The notes under the pieces were generated by a model that saw nothing but the letters and a program-made list of their open reading frames with translations, did not search any database and was not told the origin of the DNA. Both the position numbers and the translations under genes were made by a program. DNA of 64,000 nt from an uncultured delta proteobacterium (GTDB lineage: Bacteria > Desulfobacterota > Desulfomonilia > UBA1062): assembly GCA_963785235.1 (NCBI GenBank), contig CAWAUM010000001.1, positions 576,001-640,000 on the forward strand, written 5' to 3'. This document shows positions 1 through 10,729 of the stretch, piece by piece; positions within the stretch are counted from its first letter, which is position 1, and each line of letters starts with the position of its first letter.

Positions 1-1334
1 GCATGGCGCTCAACCTGGAAGAGGACAATGTCGGTTGCGTTCTTTTCGGTGAGAGCGCAGGCATCAAGGAAGGTGACCAGGCAAGGCGCACCAAGAGGAT
101 CGTTGAGGTCCCGGTAGGTGAGGCCATGCTCGGTCGGGTGGTCAACGCCATCGGGCTGCCCATTGACGGCAAGGGCCCCATCGATACCAAGGAATTTCGT
201 ACAGTCGATATCAAGGCCCCGGGCATCGTCAAAAGGCAGCCGGTGAAGGAGCCCCTCCAGACCGGCCTGAAGTCTATTGATGCCATGACCCCTGTCGGGC
301 GCGGCCAGCGCGAACTTATCATCGGCGACCGCCAGACCGGCAAGACTGCACTCGCCATCGACACCATCATCAACCAGAAAGGTAACGGCGTTATATGCAT
401 CTACGTAGCCGTGGGCCAGAAACAGTCCACCGTGGCCCAGGTTGTGGCAACGTTAGAGCAGTTCGGCGCCATGGAATACACGGTCGTTGTTGCAGCCACC
501 GCATCCGACCCGGCGCCTCTGCAGTACATCGCGCCTTATTGCGGCTGCACCATCGGTGAATTCTACCGCGACAATGGCGGCCATGCCCTGTGTATCTACG
601 ACGACCTTACCAAGCAGGCCCAGTCCTACAGGCAGCTTTCGCTTCTTCTGCAGAAGACCCCCGGGACGCGAGGCCTTCCCCGGCGACGTGTTCTATCTGC
701 ATTCCCGCCTCCTTGAGCGCGCTGCCAAGCTGAGTGACGACCTGGGCGCCGGTTCGCTCACGGCCCTGCCCATTGTTGAAACCCAGGCCGGTGACGTATC
801 TGCATACATCCCCACAAATGTTATTTCCATTACCGACGGGCAGATCTTCCTGGATTCCGACCTCTTCTACTCGGGCTTCAGGCCCGCCATCAACGTGGGT
901 ATCTCGGTTTCCCGCGTGGGCGGTAATGCCCAGATCAAGGCCATGAAGAAGGTTGCCGGTACGCTCCGCCTTGACCTTGCCCAGTACCGCGAGCTGGCGG
1001 CGTTCTCGCAGTTCGGGTCCGACCTCGACAAGGCCACCCAGGCCCAGCTGAACCGTGGTGCACAGGCTCATGGAGCTCCTGAAACAGCCCCAGTACAAGC
1101 CGCTGCCGGTCGAGAAGCAGGTGGCCATCATCTATGTGGGCACCAATGGCCACCTTGATGAATATCCCACAACTGCCATCAGGAGCTTTCGAGGATCAGT
1201 TCTTTGCCTTCATGGAAAGCAAGCACTCCGACATCTTGAAGACGGTTCGTGAAACCGGTAAGCTCGAGGCCGATACGGAAAAGGCCCTCAAAGATGCCAT
1301 TGCGGACTTCAAGAAGATATTCGTGGCGGAATAA
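1..1334 (+). CDS. atpA: F1 ATP synthase subunit alpha (5'-partial, frameshifted)
   Basis: Overlapping ORFs 3..716, 487..1158, 1055..1252 and 1134..1334 join into AtpA with GDRQTGKT P-loop, [22 protein letters not shown] and [13 protein letters not shown]. Confidence 0.97.
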
Positions 1335-1347
1335 TTAAGGAGAGGGA

Positions 1348-2208
1348 ATGCCTAGTCTAAAAGACTTACGAAAGAGGATCAACTCCGTCAAAAAGACGAA
1401 GCAGATCACCTCGGCCATGCGCATGGTTGCAGCCGCCAAGCTGAGAAGGGCGCAGACCGACATCATTGCCGCGCGCCCTTATGCCATCAAGACCAACGAG
1501 GTGCTCGTCTCCCTGGTGACCAGGACAAACCCTGACATGCACCCGCTTCTGCGCGTCCGTGAGCCCAAGAGATGTGTCATTGTGGTGATCGCATCCGACA
1601 GAGGATTATGCGGGTCCTTCAACCAGAACCTATTCCGTCGGGCCGATTCCTTCATCAAGGAAAATAAAGACAAATACGAAGAGATCTCCATGGTGCTTAT
1701 TGGGAAGAGATCGGCGGACTACTACAGGCGCAAGGACGTCAAGAAGAGGCAGAGCTATCCTATCGGCAAACCGAATTATGCCCTGGCTTCCGAGATCTGT
1801 GATGACCTCATCAAGGGGTACGTCAATGCGGAATATGACGAGCTCATCATCATCTTCAATGAGTTCAAATCAGCCATGACCCAGATCATGCACGAAGACA
1901 AGCTGCTGCCCGTGGAACCCATGGAGGTTGATGACGACATGAGCAATGTCGAATATCTCTATGAACCCTCAGAGGAAGTCCTGCTTGATACTCTGTTGCC
2001 CTTGAGCCTGAAGATATTCATGTACCGTGCGCTTCTGGAGTCTGCAGCTTCAGAGCACGGTGCGCGCATGACGGCCATGGAGAGTGCATCCAACAACGCG
2101 GGCGAGGTTATCGGGAAGCTGGATATCAAGTATAACAGGGCAAGGCAGGCTGCCATCACCACCGAACTCATGGAAGTGGTGGGTGGTGCTGAGGCCCTTA
2201 AGGGATAA
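1348..2208 (+). CDS. atpG: F1 ATP synthase subunit gamma
   Basis: [36 protein letters not shown]; lies between atpA and atpD. Confidence 0.98.
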   Translation: MPSLKDLRKRINSVKKTKQITSAMRMVAAAKLRRAQTDIIAARPYAIKTNEVLVSLVTRTNPDMHPLLRVREPKRCVIVVIASDRGLCGSFNQNLFRRADSFIKENKDKYEEISMVLIGKRSADYYRRKDVKKRQSYPIGKPNYALASEICDDLIKGYVNAEYDELIIIFNEFKSAMTQIMHEDKLLPVEPMEVDDDMSNVEYLYEPSEEVLLDTLLPLSLKIFMYRALLESAASEHGARMTAMESASNNAGEVIGKLDIKYNRARQAAITTELMEVVGGAEALKG

Positions 2209-2240
2209 CAACTTTAGGACTAATCGGGAGGAATGAGCTT

Positions 2241-3651
<1,411 letters not shown>

Positions 3652-3663
3652 GGGAGAATATTC

Positions 3664-4087
3664 ATGGCTGAAGAATACATGCAGCTTGACGTGGTAACCC
3701 CCGAGAAGGCGGTGCTCAGCCGCAAGGCCCTCGAGGTGGTTGCACCCGGGCAGCCAGGGTGAATTCGGTGTGCTCATCGGGCATACGCCGTTCCTCACCA
3801 CTCTTAAGCCCGGCCAGATCATCGTCAAGACTGAGGACAGGGATATTTACCTTGCCGTTGGCGGCGGGTTCGCCGAGATCATATCAAACAGGGTGATCAT
3901 CCTGGCTGAGACGGCGGATATGGCCGAAGACATCGTTGTCGAAGAGGTAAAGGCCGAGATAGACCAGGCCCATGAGAAACTGCGTGAGTATGGCAGGGAC
4001 GATCCCGAGTATACCAAGTGGGAAAACCGATTGGTAAGGGCCGAGGTAAAGCTCAGGGTTTTTGAGAACTGGGAAAAGTCAAAGTAA
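3664..4087 (+). CDS. atpC: F1 ATP synthase subunit epsilon (frameshift near 3745)
   Basis: ATG at 3664 gives MAEEYMQLDVVTPEK, continuing into GEFGVLIGHTPFLT...GGGFAEI. Confidence 0.93.
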
Positions 4088-4113
4088 CCGACTGAGCTCA
4101 TAGAATAGATTGC

Positions 4114-4141
4114 AAAGAGGGGCCTTAAGGCCCCTCTTTTA
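4114..4141 (+). terminator. Intrinsic terminator after atp operon
   Basis: Perfect inverted repeat AAAGAGGGGCC-TTAA-GGCCCCTCTTT ending in a T run. Confidence 0.85.
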
Positions 4142-4202
4142 TATTGCAAGGATTATTGACTCTTTAAGCAAATCCTTTTATAAGCAGATTTCATATCCGT
4201 GT

Positions 4203-4276
4203 GCGCCCATAGCCCAGTTGGATAGAGCGTTGGACTACGAATCCAAAGGTCGCAGGTTCGAATCCTGCTGGGCGCA
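4203..4276 (+). tRNA. tRNA-Arg(ACG), CCA not encoded
   Basis: Acceptor GCGCCCA/TGGGCGC, D-arm AGCCCAGTTGGATAGAGC, anticodon arm TTGGA-CT-ACG-AA-TCCAA, T-arm GCAGGTTCGAATCCTGC. Confidence 0.96.
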
Positions 4277-4430
4277 CTTCACTTTACAAGCCAAAAAAAA
4301 CTTAACCCTTTCAGTTTGTCCCCTCCTCTGTACCTCGGCAGAGGGTATAAACATGTACTTGATTCATTCCGATATAGGTCATATAGTTATCATCAGAGGA
4401 TAACTTTGACTAAGGGGAATCTATTCTAGC

Positions 4431-4787
4431 ATGGAGAAACACATCTCTGGTTTAGAAAATCTCTTGATGCTTCATGGAGAGGTCTTCCCTATGGATAATG
4501 GATATTGGACCAAGATAGAAGCATGGATGACATCAACGACAAAGCAGGTACCACATGGCATCCGATATTCACTGACACTACATGATCGCCATAATGTTCG
4601 GGTACTGGGATATGATAATGCTCATAACATAAAACCGAAACGAAAGCGATTTGCTGTGGAAAAGACTACCTGGGATCATAAGCACTTGAAGAGTAGGGTG
4701 GAACATTATGAATTTGAATCGGCAGATCAACTGTTAGAGGACTTCTGGAACGAAGTTGATGACTATCTGAAAGAAAGAACGAGGTAA
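4431..4787 (+). CDS. DUF6516/TumE-like putative toxin
   Basis: PHGIRYSLTLHD...RVLGYDNAH...WDHKH pattern; 118 aa; paired with a downstream HTH gene. Confidence 0.7.
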   Translation: MEKHISGLENLLMLHGEVFPMDNGYWTKIEAWMTSTTKQVPHGIRYSLTLHDRHNVRVLGYDNAHNIKPKRKRFAVEKTTWDHKHLKSRVEHYEFESADQLLEDFWNEVDDYLKERTR

Positions 4788-4795
4788 AAAAGACT

Positions 4796-5164
4796 ATGGC
4801 AACAAACATCCTGAAAGTAGGCATACTGTCGAGAAGTGAATACCGTAAAAGAACCATTGCCATTGCAAAGGGAGAGTATGTACCAAAAAAAGACGAACCA
4901 AAGATATGGTTTGAATCGCTTCAGTCAATGGCTCAAGTGCTCAGCAATGACAACCAGGATCTATTGCGGGTAATTCTTGAGAAGAAGCCAGCCTCATTAA
5001 AAGAACTTGGAACTGTGACAGGGCGGAAAAGCAGTAACCTGTCCCGGACACTGAAATTGATGGCCCGTTATGGGATTGTCGAACTTGAAAAGGAACAGAA
5101 GACCATCAGGCCAATTGTTAAGGCTACCTCCTTCAAAGTAGAGTTCGGATTGAGAAACAGTTAA
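4796..5164 (+). CDS. HVO_A0114-like HTH protein, putative antitoxin
   Basis: WFESLQSMAQVLS..N..LL..I...KPASLKEL...TGRKSSNLSRTLKLMARYGIV winged HTH; 8 bp after the toxin-like gene. Confidence 0.7.
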   Translation: MATNILKVGILSRSEYRKRTIAIAKGEYVPKKDEPKIWFESLQSMAQVLSNDNQDLLRVILEKKPASLKELGTVTGRKSSNLSRTLKLMARYGIVELEKEQKTIRPIVKATSFKVEFGLRNS

Positions 5165-5349
5165 ACAGGGACCTCCATCCACAACTGCGATCACAATGTC
5201 ATTGGGTAATGGCTCAGTGGATTTATGCGCGATCAGGTTATATCGGGACGAATCTCATCATCGATTATTGATGTACCCTCCACCCTGGCAAAGAATGTGG
5301 CGGTAGGGTTCTTGATGAGAATAGGATCATGAGGGTAACCTTCATCCTT

Positions 5350-5443
5350 TGCCATTCTGGCACTTTTAGGGGTGTCGCTTAGAGCTTTTTGTCATTTTGT
5401 ACCTATCCATGCCCTGGCTGAAGGCTTTTCTGCCAAGATGGCA
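5350..5443. promoter_or_regulatory. Candidate enhancer (UAS) palindromes TGCCA-N3-TGGCA
   Basis: TGCCATTCTGGCA at 5350 and TGCCAAGATGGCA at 5431, with a degenerate TGTCATTTTGTAC at 5390, upstream of a sigma54 promoter. Confidence 0.55.
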
Positions 5444-5478
5444 ATTTCAGGAAAGGCTATAAAATAAATAATGTTAGA

Positions 5479-5521
5479 TATCAATGAGTTATAAGTTGCC
5501 AGAACCTGGCACGCCCCTTGC
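5479..5521 (+). promoter_or_regulatory. IHF-like site plus sigma54 -24/-12 promoter
   Basis: TATCAATGAGTTA (matches WATCAANNNNTTR) at 5479; TGGCACGCCCCTTGC at 5507-5521 matches TGGCAC-N5-TTGC. Confidence 0.8.
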
Positions 5522-5568
5522 CTTATATGAAGTAGAAAGAAAAAACAAACCCCAGGGAGGGCAAGACA

Positions 5569-5745
5569 ATGATGACATTATGGATCGTAATCGGCGCACT
5601 GTTCATGACCGGCATAGGGATCAGGTTCACCTACAAGGTATTGGGACTCACCCCGGTAGAAGCAAGCGCGGTATTCGTCCTGGTGGTCGCCCTGGTAACC
5701 ATCAACACCGGCCCGGCACGTGAGATCCTCATGAGCCTGTTCTAA
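5569..5745 (+). CDS. Small 58-aa two-TM membrane protein (not in ORF track)
   Basis: GGGAGG RBS, then MMTLWIVIGALFMTGIGIRFTYKVLGLTPVEASAVFVLVVALVTINTGPAREILMSLF*. Confidence 0.7.
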   Translation: MMTLWIVIGALFMTGIGIRFTYKVLGLTPVEASAVFVLVVALVTINTGPAREILMSLF

Positions 5746-5785
5746 GGCAGGACTCAGAGAGATAAAAAGGATAAGGAGGAAGGCC

Positions 5786-6025
5786 ATGAAGACAAAGAAA
5801 GAAAAGATCGAAAAGGCACTGGCCAACAGGCTCAGCAGGATAAGCGCATACAGCCTGGTGCTCGTTACGATGACCTTCCTCGGACTCTACGGCGGCATGT
5901 ATCTGGACAGGGTTCTCGGCATGGCACCCAACTTCACGATGGTAGGACTGGTGGCCGGCATAGCACTGGGCTTCAAGGGGTTCATCCAGGAGGTCGTGAT
6001 AGAGAGAAAGGTAAAGAGGGCATAG
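5786..6025 (+). CDS. AtpZ/AtpI (ATPase gene 1)-like small membrane protein
   Basis: AGGA RBS; LGLYGGMYLDRVLGMAPNFTMVGLVAGIALGF matches the G..G..LD..LG..P.F...G...G pattern. Confidence 0.7.
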   Translation: MKTKKEKIEKALANRLSRISAYSLVLVTMTFLGLYGGMYLDRVLGMAPNFTMVGLVAGIALGFKGFIQEVVIERKVKRA

Positions 6026-6027
6026 CC

Positions 6028-6132
6028 ATGACAGTCATCTTTGTAACCATCGGTTTCACAGCATTCCTGGCCCTGACTGCAAGGTTCGTGAAACACGCAG
6101 GGCATGCTGCCAGGACAGAGCACAGCCGGTAA
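6028..6132 (+). CDS. 34-aa single-TM peptide (not in ORF track)
   Basis: Starts 2 bp after the previous stop: MTVIFVTIGFTAFLALTARFVKHAGHAARTEHSR*. Confidence 0.45.
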   Translation: MTVIFVTIGFTAFLALTARFVKHAGHAARTEHSR

Positions 6133-6235
6133 TCAGGACACGCCACATCTACCTAGTGCTTCCTCCCCGGGAACAATCCATATCACACACCACGGCCCTA
6201 AAAGGGTCGTTTTTTCTACGGATGGTTCACCCCTC

Positions 6236-8503
6236 CTATTCTTCCGTCTCTGCTTCAGATATAGGGTTAGCACACGACTGCCCATTCAGGACCTCCCGCA
6301 TTATCCGGGAAAGGCTGCTTACATGAAACGGCTTCTGGATAAAGCCGCTGCAACCCCTGTCCAGAATCTTCTGTGCCTCGCCTTCGATGCTGTATCCGCT
6401 CGCCAGGAGGACCTTCACCCCGGGATCTATCTCAACCAACCTGTCAAAGGTCTGTCCTCCTGAAATACCCGGCATTATCATGTCCAGAATTACCAGATCG
6501 ATCTTATCCTTCTTTTCCAAATATATTGCTATTGCCGCCTTACCGCTGTCAGCCGTGTATACCTGATAGCCCAACGCTTCCAGAAGGGCACGGCTCACCT
6601 CCAGGATCGTTTCTTCGTCATCCACAAGAAGGACAGTTTCAGTCCCTTTGAGTATTGCAGTCTCTTCCTTTTTCTCGTCTGTTACGCTCAGTTTCAAGGC
6701 AGGCAGATAAATGGCAAAGGTAGATCCATGCCCCGGTTGACTGATCACATCGATCATACCGTCATGACCCCGTATAATTCCGTAGACCATTGCCAGGCCG
6801 AGCCCCGTACCTCTACCCATCTCCTTTGTCGTAAAGAAGGGATCGAAGATCCGCGCCTTTGTTTTTTCATCCATCCCTGTTCCTGTGTCGGTGATGGAAA
6901 TCTTCACATATTTTCCTGGTCTGGTGACATTTGCCAGGACGTCCTTGTCCTCCAGGATGACATTGCTCGTTTCCAGATGGAGCTCGCCCCCTCCCGGCAT
7001 GGCTTGCGCGGCATTGACAAACAGATTCATGAGTACCTGTTCCATCTGGCCCTGATCGGCCATAACCGTCCAGAGATCGATGTCCATCTGCCGGTAGATG
7101 ATGATCTCCTTGTGGGTGGCACTGAAAAGGGAAAGTGCTTTGTCCATGACACCATTGAGATTGGTGGGTCTGACATGATAGCGTCCGCCGCGGGCAAAAC
7201 CGAGGAGCTGCCTGGTGAGATCCGATGCGCTTTTCACCTGCTCTTCAATGCGCGTGAGCCTTTTGAAATGGGGATGAGAACGATCCAGTCCCATCAGCAT
7301 CAGTGAGGAATAACCCTGAATGCCCATGAGAAGGTTGTTGAAATCATGGGCAATCCCACCGGCGAGGGTGCCGACAGCCTCCATTTTTGAGGAGTGAGAG
7401 AGTTTGAGTTCCATCTCCCTGAGTTCGGTGATGTCCCGGAATACGAAAACCCCACCTATGATGCCGCCGTTGTCATCGCGGATAGGGGCATGCGTTTCTG
7501 AAACATTGATTATCGTGTCTTCTTTCCCCCGAATAGAGAAAATGTCACGAGCAGTGCCGGCGAGGCCCCTTTCCAGGACGTCTGAAACAATCCCCTCCAG
7601 AATCCTGCGGCCTTCAGGGTCCACGGCTACAAACAACTCTGCAGCGGGATGCCCTACCGACGCAGACTGTTCCAGGCCGAAGATCCTTGCTGCTGCGTCG
7701 TTGATAAGGTTTATCCGCCCCCGGTTGTCCAGGGCGAAAAATCCATCGGCCATGGAATGGATGGTCACATCCAGACGGTCTTTTTCCCTTCTGGCCTGGA
7801 GTTCGTGAACCTTGACCTCTTCATAAACCCGCACATAGGTTCGAGCCGTCAGGGACAGGATCGACAAGGCAAACCCAAGATATCCGTACTGCATCAGGAA
7901 CTGGACAGTCTGCATGCCCAGCGTAGCAAGGGCATCATGGACACCAAGAATAGCCCAGAAGGATATACCGATAAAGAAGGGAACGGCATCCCGGCTTCTT
8001 GCGTATTTTATCCAGTAGTAGAGCACGGCGAATGATCCTACAGCGATGTAGATCACCAGCAGACTTCCCAGCGGCCCCTTGTTAGGCTCGATGAAGGGTC
8101 GGCTTAGCCACAGGAAAGGACGGAAAACAAAATCATATCGTACAAAAATGTCTGTAACCCACAGCAGGGACAATAAAATGGCATGCAGGGGAACGGCAAT
8201 GATGTGAAAGCGTCTGGAAGGTATCTTCAGGAATGAAAATGTAAAGCCGTAAACAGAATGCATCAGGCCTATCATACAGGTGAATTGAATCAACTCGCAG
8301 GAACGGTTGATGAGGCCGGGCTCTGAATTGTACTGTATGAATCCGGAAAACGAATAGGCCGCGATGAAAAAGGATAGTCCAGCCCCCCAGGCGTTCCAAG
8401 TCAGCTCGGTCTTCCTGATGAAAAGCCATGCCTGGCAGAGAAAAAAGAAGAATGCCAGAACAGCCACACACAAAGATCCTGCCGATGAAAGCGGGATATA
8501 CAT
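6236..8503 (-). CDS. Hybrid sensor histidine kinase (multi-TM, PAS, HisKA, HATPase, receiver)
   Basis: About 7 N-terminal TM segments, AGGIAHDFNNLL H-box, FDPFFTTK/GTGLGL, C-terminal LVDDE...LDMIMP receiver. Confidence 0.92.
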   Translation of the reverse strand: MYIPLSSAGSLCVAVLAFFFFLCQAWLFIRKTELTWNAWGAGLSFFIAAYSFSGFIQYNSEPGLINRSCELIQFTCMIGLMHSVYGFTFSFLKIPSRRFHIIAVPLHAILLSLLWVTDIFVRYDFVFRPFLWLSRPFIEPNKGPLGSLLVIYIAVGSFAVLYYWIKYARSRDAVPFFIGISFWAILGVHDALATLGMQTVQFLMQYGYLGFALSILSLTARTYVRVYEEVKVHELQARREKDRLDVTIHSMADGFFALDNRGRINLINDAAARIFGLEQSASVGHPAAELFVAVDPEGRRILEGIVSDVLERGLAGTARDIFSIRGKEDTIINVSETHAPIRDDNGGIIGGVFVFRDITELREMELKLSHSSKMEAVGTLAGGIAHDFNNLLMGIQGYSSLMLMGLDRSHPHFKRLTRIEEQVKSASDLTRQLLGFARGGRYHVRPTNLNGVMDKALSLFSATHKEIIIYRQMDIDLWTVMADQGQMEQVLMNLFVNAAQAMPGGGELHLETSNVILEDKDVLANVTRPGKYVKISITDTGTGMDEKTKARIFDPFFTTKEMGRGTGLGLAMVYGIIRGHDGMIDVISQPGHGSTFAIYLPALKLSVTDEKKEETAILKGTETVLLVDDEETILEVSRALLEALGYQVYTADSGKAAIAIYLEKKDKIDLVILDMIMPGISGGQTFDRLVEIDPGVKVLLASGYSIEGEAQKILDRGCSGFIQKPFHVSSLSRIMREVLNGQSCANPISEAETEE

Positions 8504-8614
8504 ATCTTTATCCAGCGATTCAAGAATTCTTTTTTATTAAGTCTATCCTATCAGAAATGCAAGTAACTAGAAATGGTATTTCACATGATTTTCGGATATT
8601 ATAATGTATAAATG

Positions 8615-8731
8615 TCAAAACTGCTTGGCATTACCAGACCTCTGACAGATCACCGAAGAATACACCTCGCCTTGATCCTTGTGAGGGTAGCGCACCGCAA
8701 CAACTTCTAAGACCTTTTCATGTCGCTTCAT
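8615..8731 (-). pseudogene. Relic fragment of an acyl-CoA ligase C-terminal domain
   Basis: Encodes MKRHEKVLEVVAVRYPHKDQGEVYSSVI, closely similar to IKRHDKVLDVAVVRYPHKELGEVPAAVI of the neighbouring ligase. Confidence 0.7.
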
Positions 8732-8791
8732 CAAGACCGGTGTCTTATTTCATCAGGCCGGTTGAATTATATCCCTTGGATGATGTTTAAA

Positions 8792-10636
8792 TCATCCTCT
8801 GCGCTCAATACCCTCCCAGAACCGGTCTTCAATATCTTTTTTACACATCTTTCCGTCTATATGGCGGGGAAGCGTCTCGACAAATTCCACATACTTGGGG
8901 ATCTTGTAGCCTATGAGATTGATTGTTTTCAGGTGCTCGATGATATCGTCCGCCTTGAGGACATGGCCGTCTTTGAGCTGTATCACCGCAGCAGGCACCT
9001 CGCCGAGCTCTTTGTGGGGGTAGCGCACAACAGCAACATCCAAGACCTTGTCATGTCTCTTTATGGCTGTTTCGATCTCGTTGGGGAAGATGTTCACCCC
9101 GCCGGTGATGATCATCTCCTTTTCCCTGCCCGTGAGGTACAGAAAACCGTCTTCATCAAAGTGGCCCCTGAGACCGTCGTCGAACCAGGGTTCGCCGTCC
9201 ACGAGCTTGAATGCACCCTCGAGTTTTTCGGGCGACCCCACGTAGTTGAGGCTCACCGTGGTGAGACTGCGGCTGAGGATACGGCCGTCTTTCCCAGGCG
9301 GGCACCAGGTTCGGGTTTCTTCATCAAAGACCTTGGTTTGCGCGCAGCGGATCTTGCCGACGCTCTCATAGCGCTTGGGCTTTTCCTCATAATCGACCGG
9401 CAGGAGGACGGAAGACACCCCTGTCTCGGAGGACCCGTAGAACTCGGTGAACACGTTTTTGTTGCATCCCTGCTGTTTGAATAATACATTGGTCGCCTTT
9501 TTGAGCTCCGGGGTTGCAGGGGCGGCTGCGCATATAATGGTGTGCATGGAGCTGAGGTTGTAGCGACTTTTTACGGCATCCGGCAGGGCAAGGATCCGTT
9601 CAAGCATGGCTGGCACGACAAAGATCCAGTTAATCCGCTCTCGTTCAATGATCCTGAGGATATCCTCTGGATCAAACTTCTGCAAGGGCACTCCGGTCCC
9701 GCCGAGCAGGATAAAGGGAACCCATCCCGCAATGGAGCCTGCATGGTAGAGAGGACCCGGGATGAGGCAGCGCATGTTCCTTGTGATGGGGTCTGATATT
9801 TCGGTTCCGCCGAACCAGTACATGAAGCTGAACTGGAGTACGAGGAGCCTGAGGTATTCCCCGAGCGGGACCTTGGGAGCTTCAGCCAGATCGCTGAAGG
9901 CATAGCCGATGCTGTCAAAGTAATTGACGTTTTTGGGTGTTCCTGTAGTCCCGCCGGTGTAAGGATTCAATGCTACGGCGAAGTGGGTCCTGGGCATGGT
10001 GCTCGGTGCGTGCGAGAGGAGCTCTTCGTAATTCAGGGCGTCTGCCAATGGGCTCTTGCCCACAACGATGTAATGCTCGATGCTCGGCAGGGAGTCTTTC
10101 ATGGGCAGGATCCTGTCCGCGAATTCGTCATGAAGGATAAGTACCCGGGGTTTTACACGATTGATGGCATCCACCAGTTCACCGCCATCCAGATGCCAGT
10201 TGAGGAAGGGCATGGGGCAGCCGATGAGCGAGCAGGCAAAAAAGGCCTCGAAGAATTCATTTCCATTATAAAGCAGCTCGGCACAGCGATCCTTGGGTTC
10301 GAGCCCCAAGGCCTGCAGTGCGTTGGCAAGCCTCATAACCCTGTCCTTGAGCTGGTTATAGGTGTAGCGGGTGCCTTCCGAGATGAGTGCCTCACGCTCC
10401 CCGAAGACCTCCCACATGGATACCAGGAAGTTCGGGGTGATCTTTTCCAGCCTGAAGTTTGCCAGCGCCTTGATGGTTTTGAAATGCCCGGTCTTGCTGC
10501 CGGTCTTCAGCAGAATACGCAGGGTATTCATACCTCCCCACTGGGTGTAGAATGTCTTCAGGAGACCTTTGGTCTGTTCCATTGATGCCAGGGCAGGTAT
10601 TGCGTTCATCAGATTCTTGAAACTTTTGTCCCCCAT
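8792..10636 (-). CDS. AMP-binding acyl-CoA ligase
   Basis: YTGGTTGTPK AMP-binding motif, FYGSSE, GREKEMIITGGVNIFPNEIE; likely start MGDKSF at 10636. Confidence 0.9.
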   Translation of the reverse strand: MGDKSFKNLMNAIPALASMEQTKGLLKTFYTQWGGMNTLRILLKTGSKTGHFKTIKALANFRLEKITPNFLVSMWEVFGEREALISEGTRYTYNQLKDRVMRLANALQALGLEPKDRCAELLYNGNEFFEAFFACSLIGCPMPFLNWHLDGGELVDAINRVKPRVLILHDEFADRILPMKDSLPSIEHYIVVGKSPLADALNYEELLSHAPSTMPRTHFAVALNPYTGGTTGTPKNVNYFDSIGYAFSDLAEAPKVPLGEYLRLLVLQFSFMYWFGGTEISDPITRNMRCLIPGPLYHAGSIAGWVPFILLGGTGVPLQKFDPEDILRIIERERINWIFVVPAMLERILALPDAVKSRYNLSSMHTIICAAAPATPELKKATNVLFKQQGCNKNVFTEFYGSSETGVSSVLLPVDYEEKPKRYESVGKIRCAQTKVFDEETRTWCPPGKDGRILSRSLTTVSLNYVGSPEKLEGAFKLVDGEPWFDDGLRGHFDEDGFLYLTGREKEMIITGGVNIFPNEIETAIKRHDKVLDVAVVRYPHKELGEVPAAVIQLKDGHVLKADDIIEHLKTINLIGYKIPKYVEFVETLPRHIDGKMCKKDIEDRFWEGIERRG

Positions 10637-10729
10637 GCTGTACCTCCATGTGCAGATTGCACTCACATACTATTCAACTCGCGAGTTTGTGTGGGCCGGT
10701 GCTTATTCCATCACTCCGGTTGAATTAAA

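Noticed and set aside
4110-4403. ORF spanning the tRNA, and the many antisense ORFs in the track
   Set aside because: They overlap the tRNA or well-supported genes, lack motifs and are expected shadow ORFs in GC-rich coding DNA.
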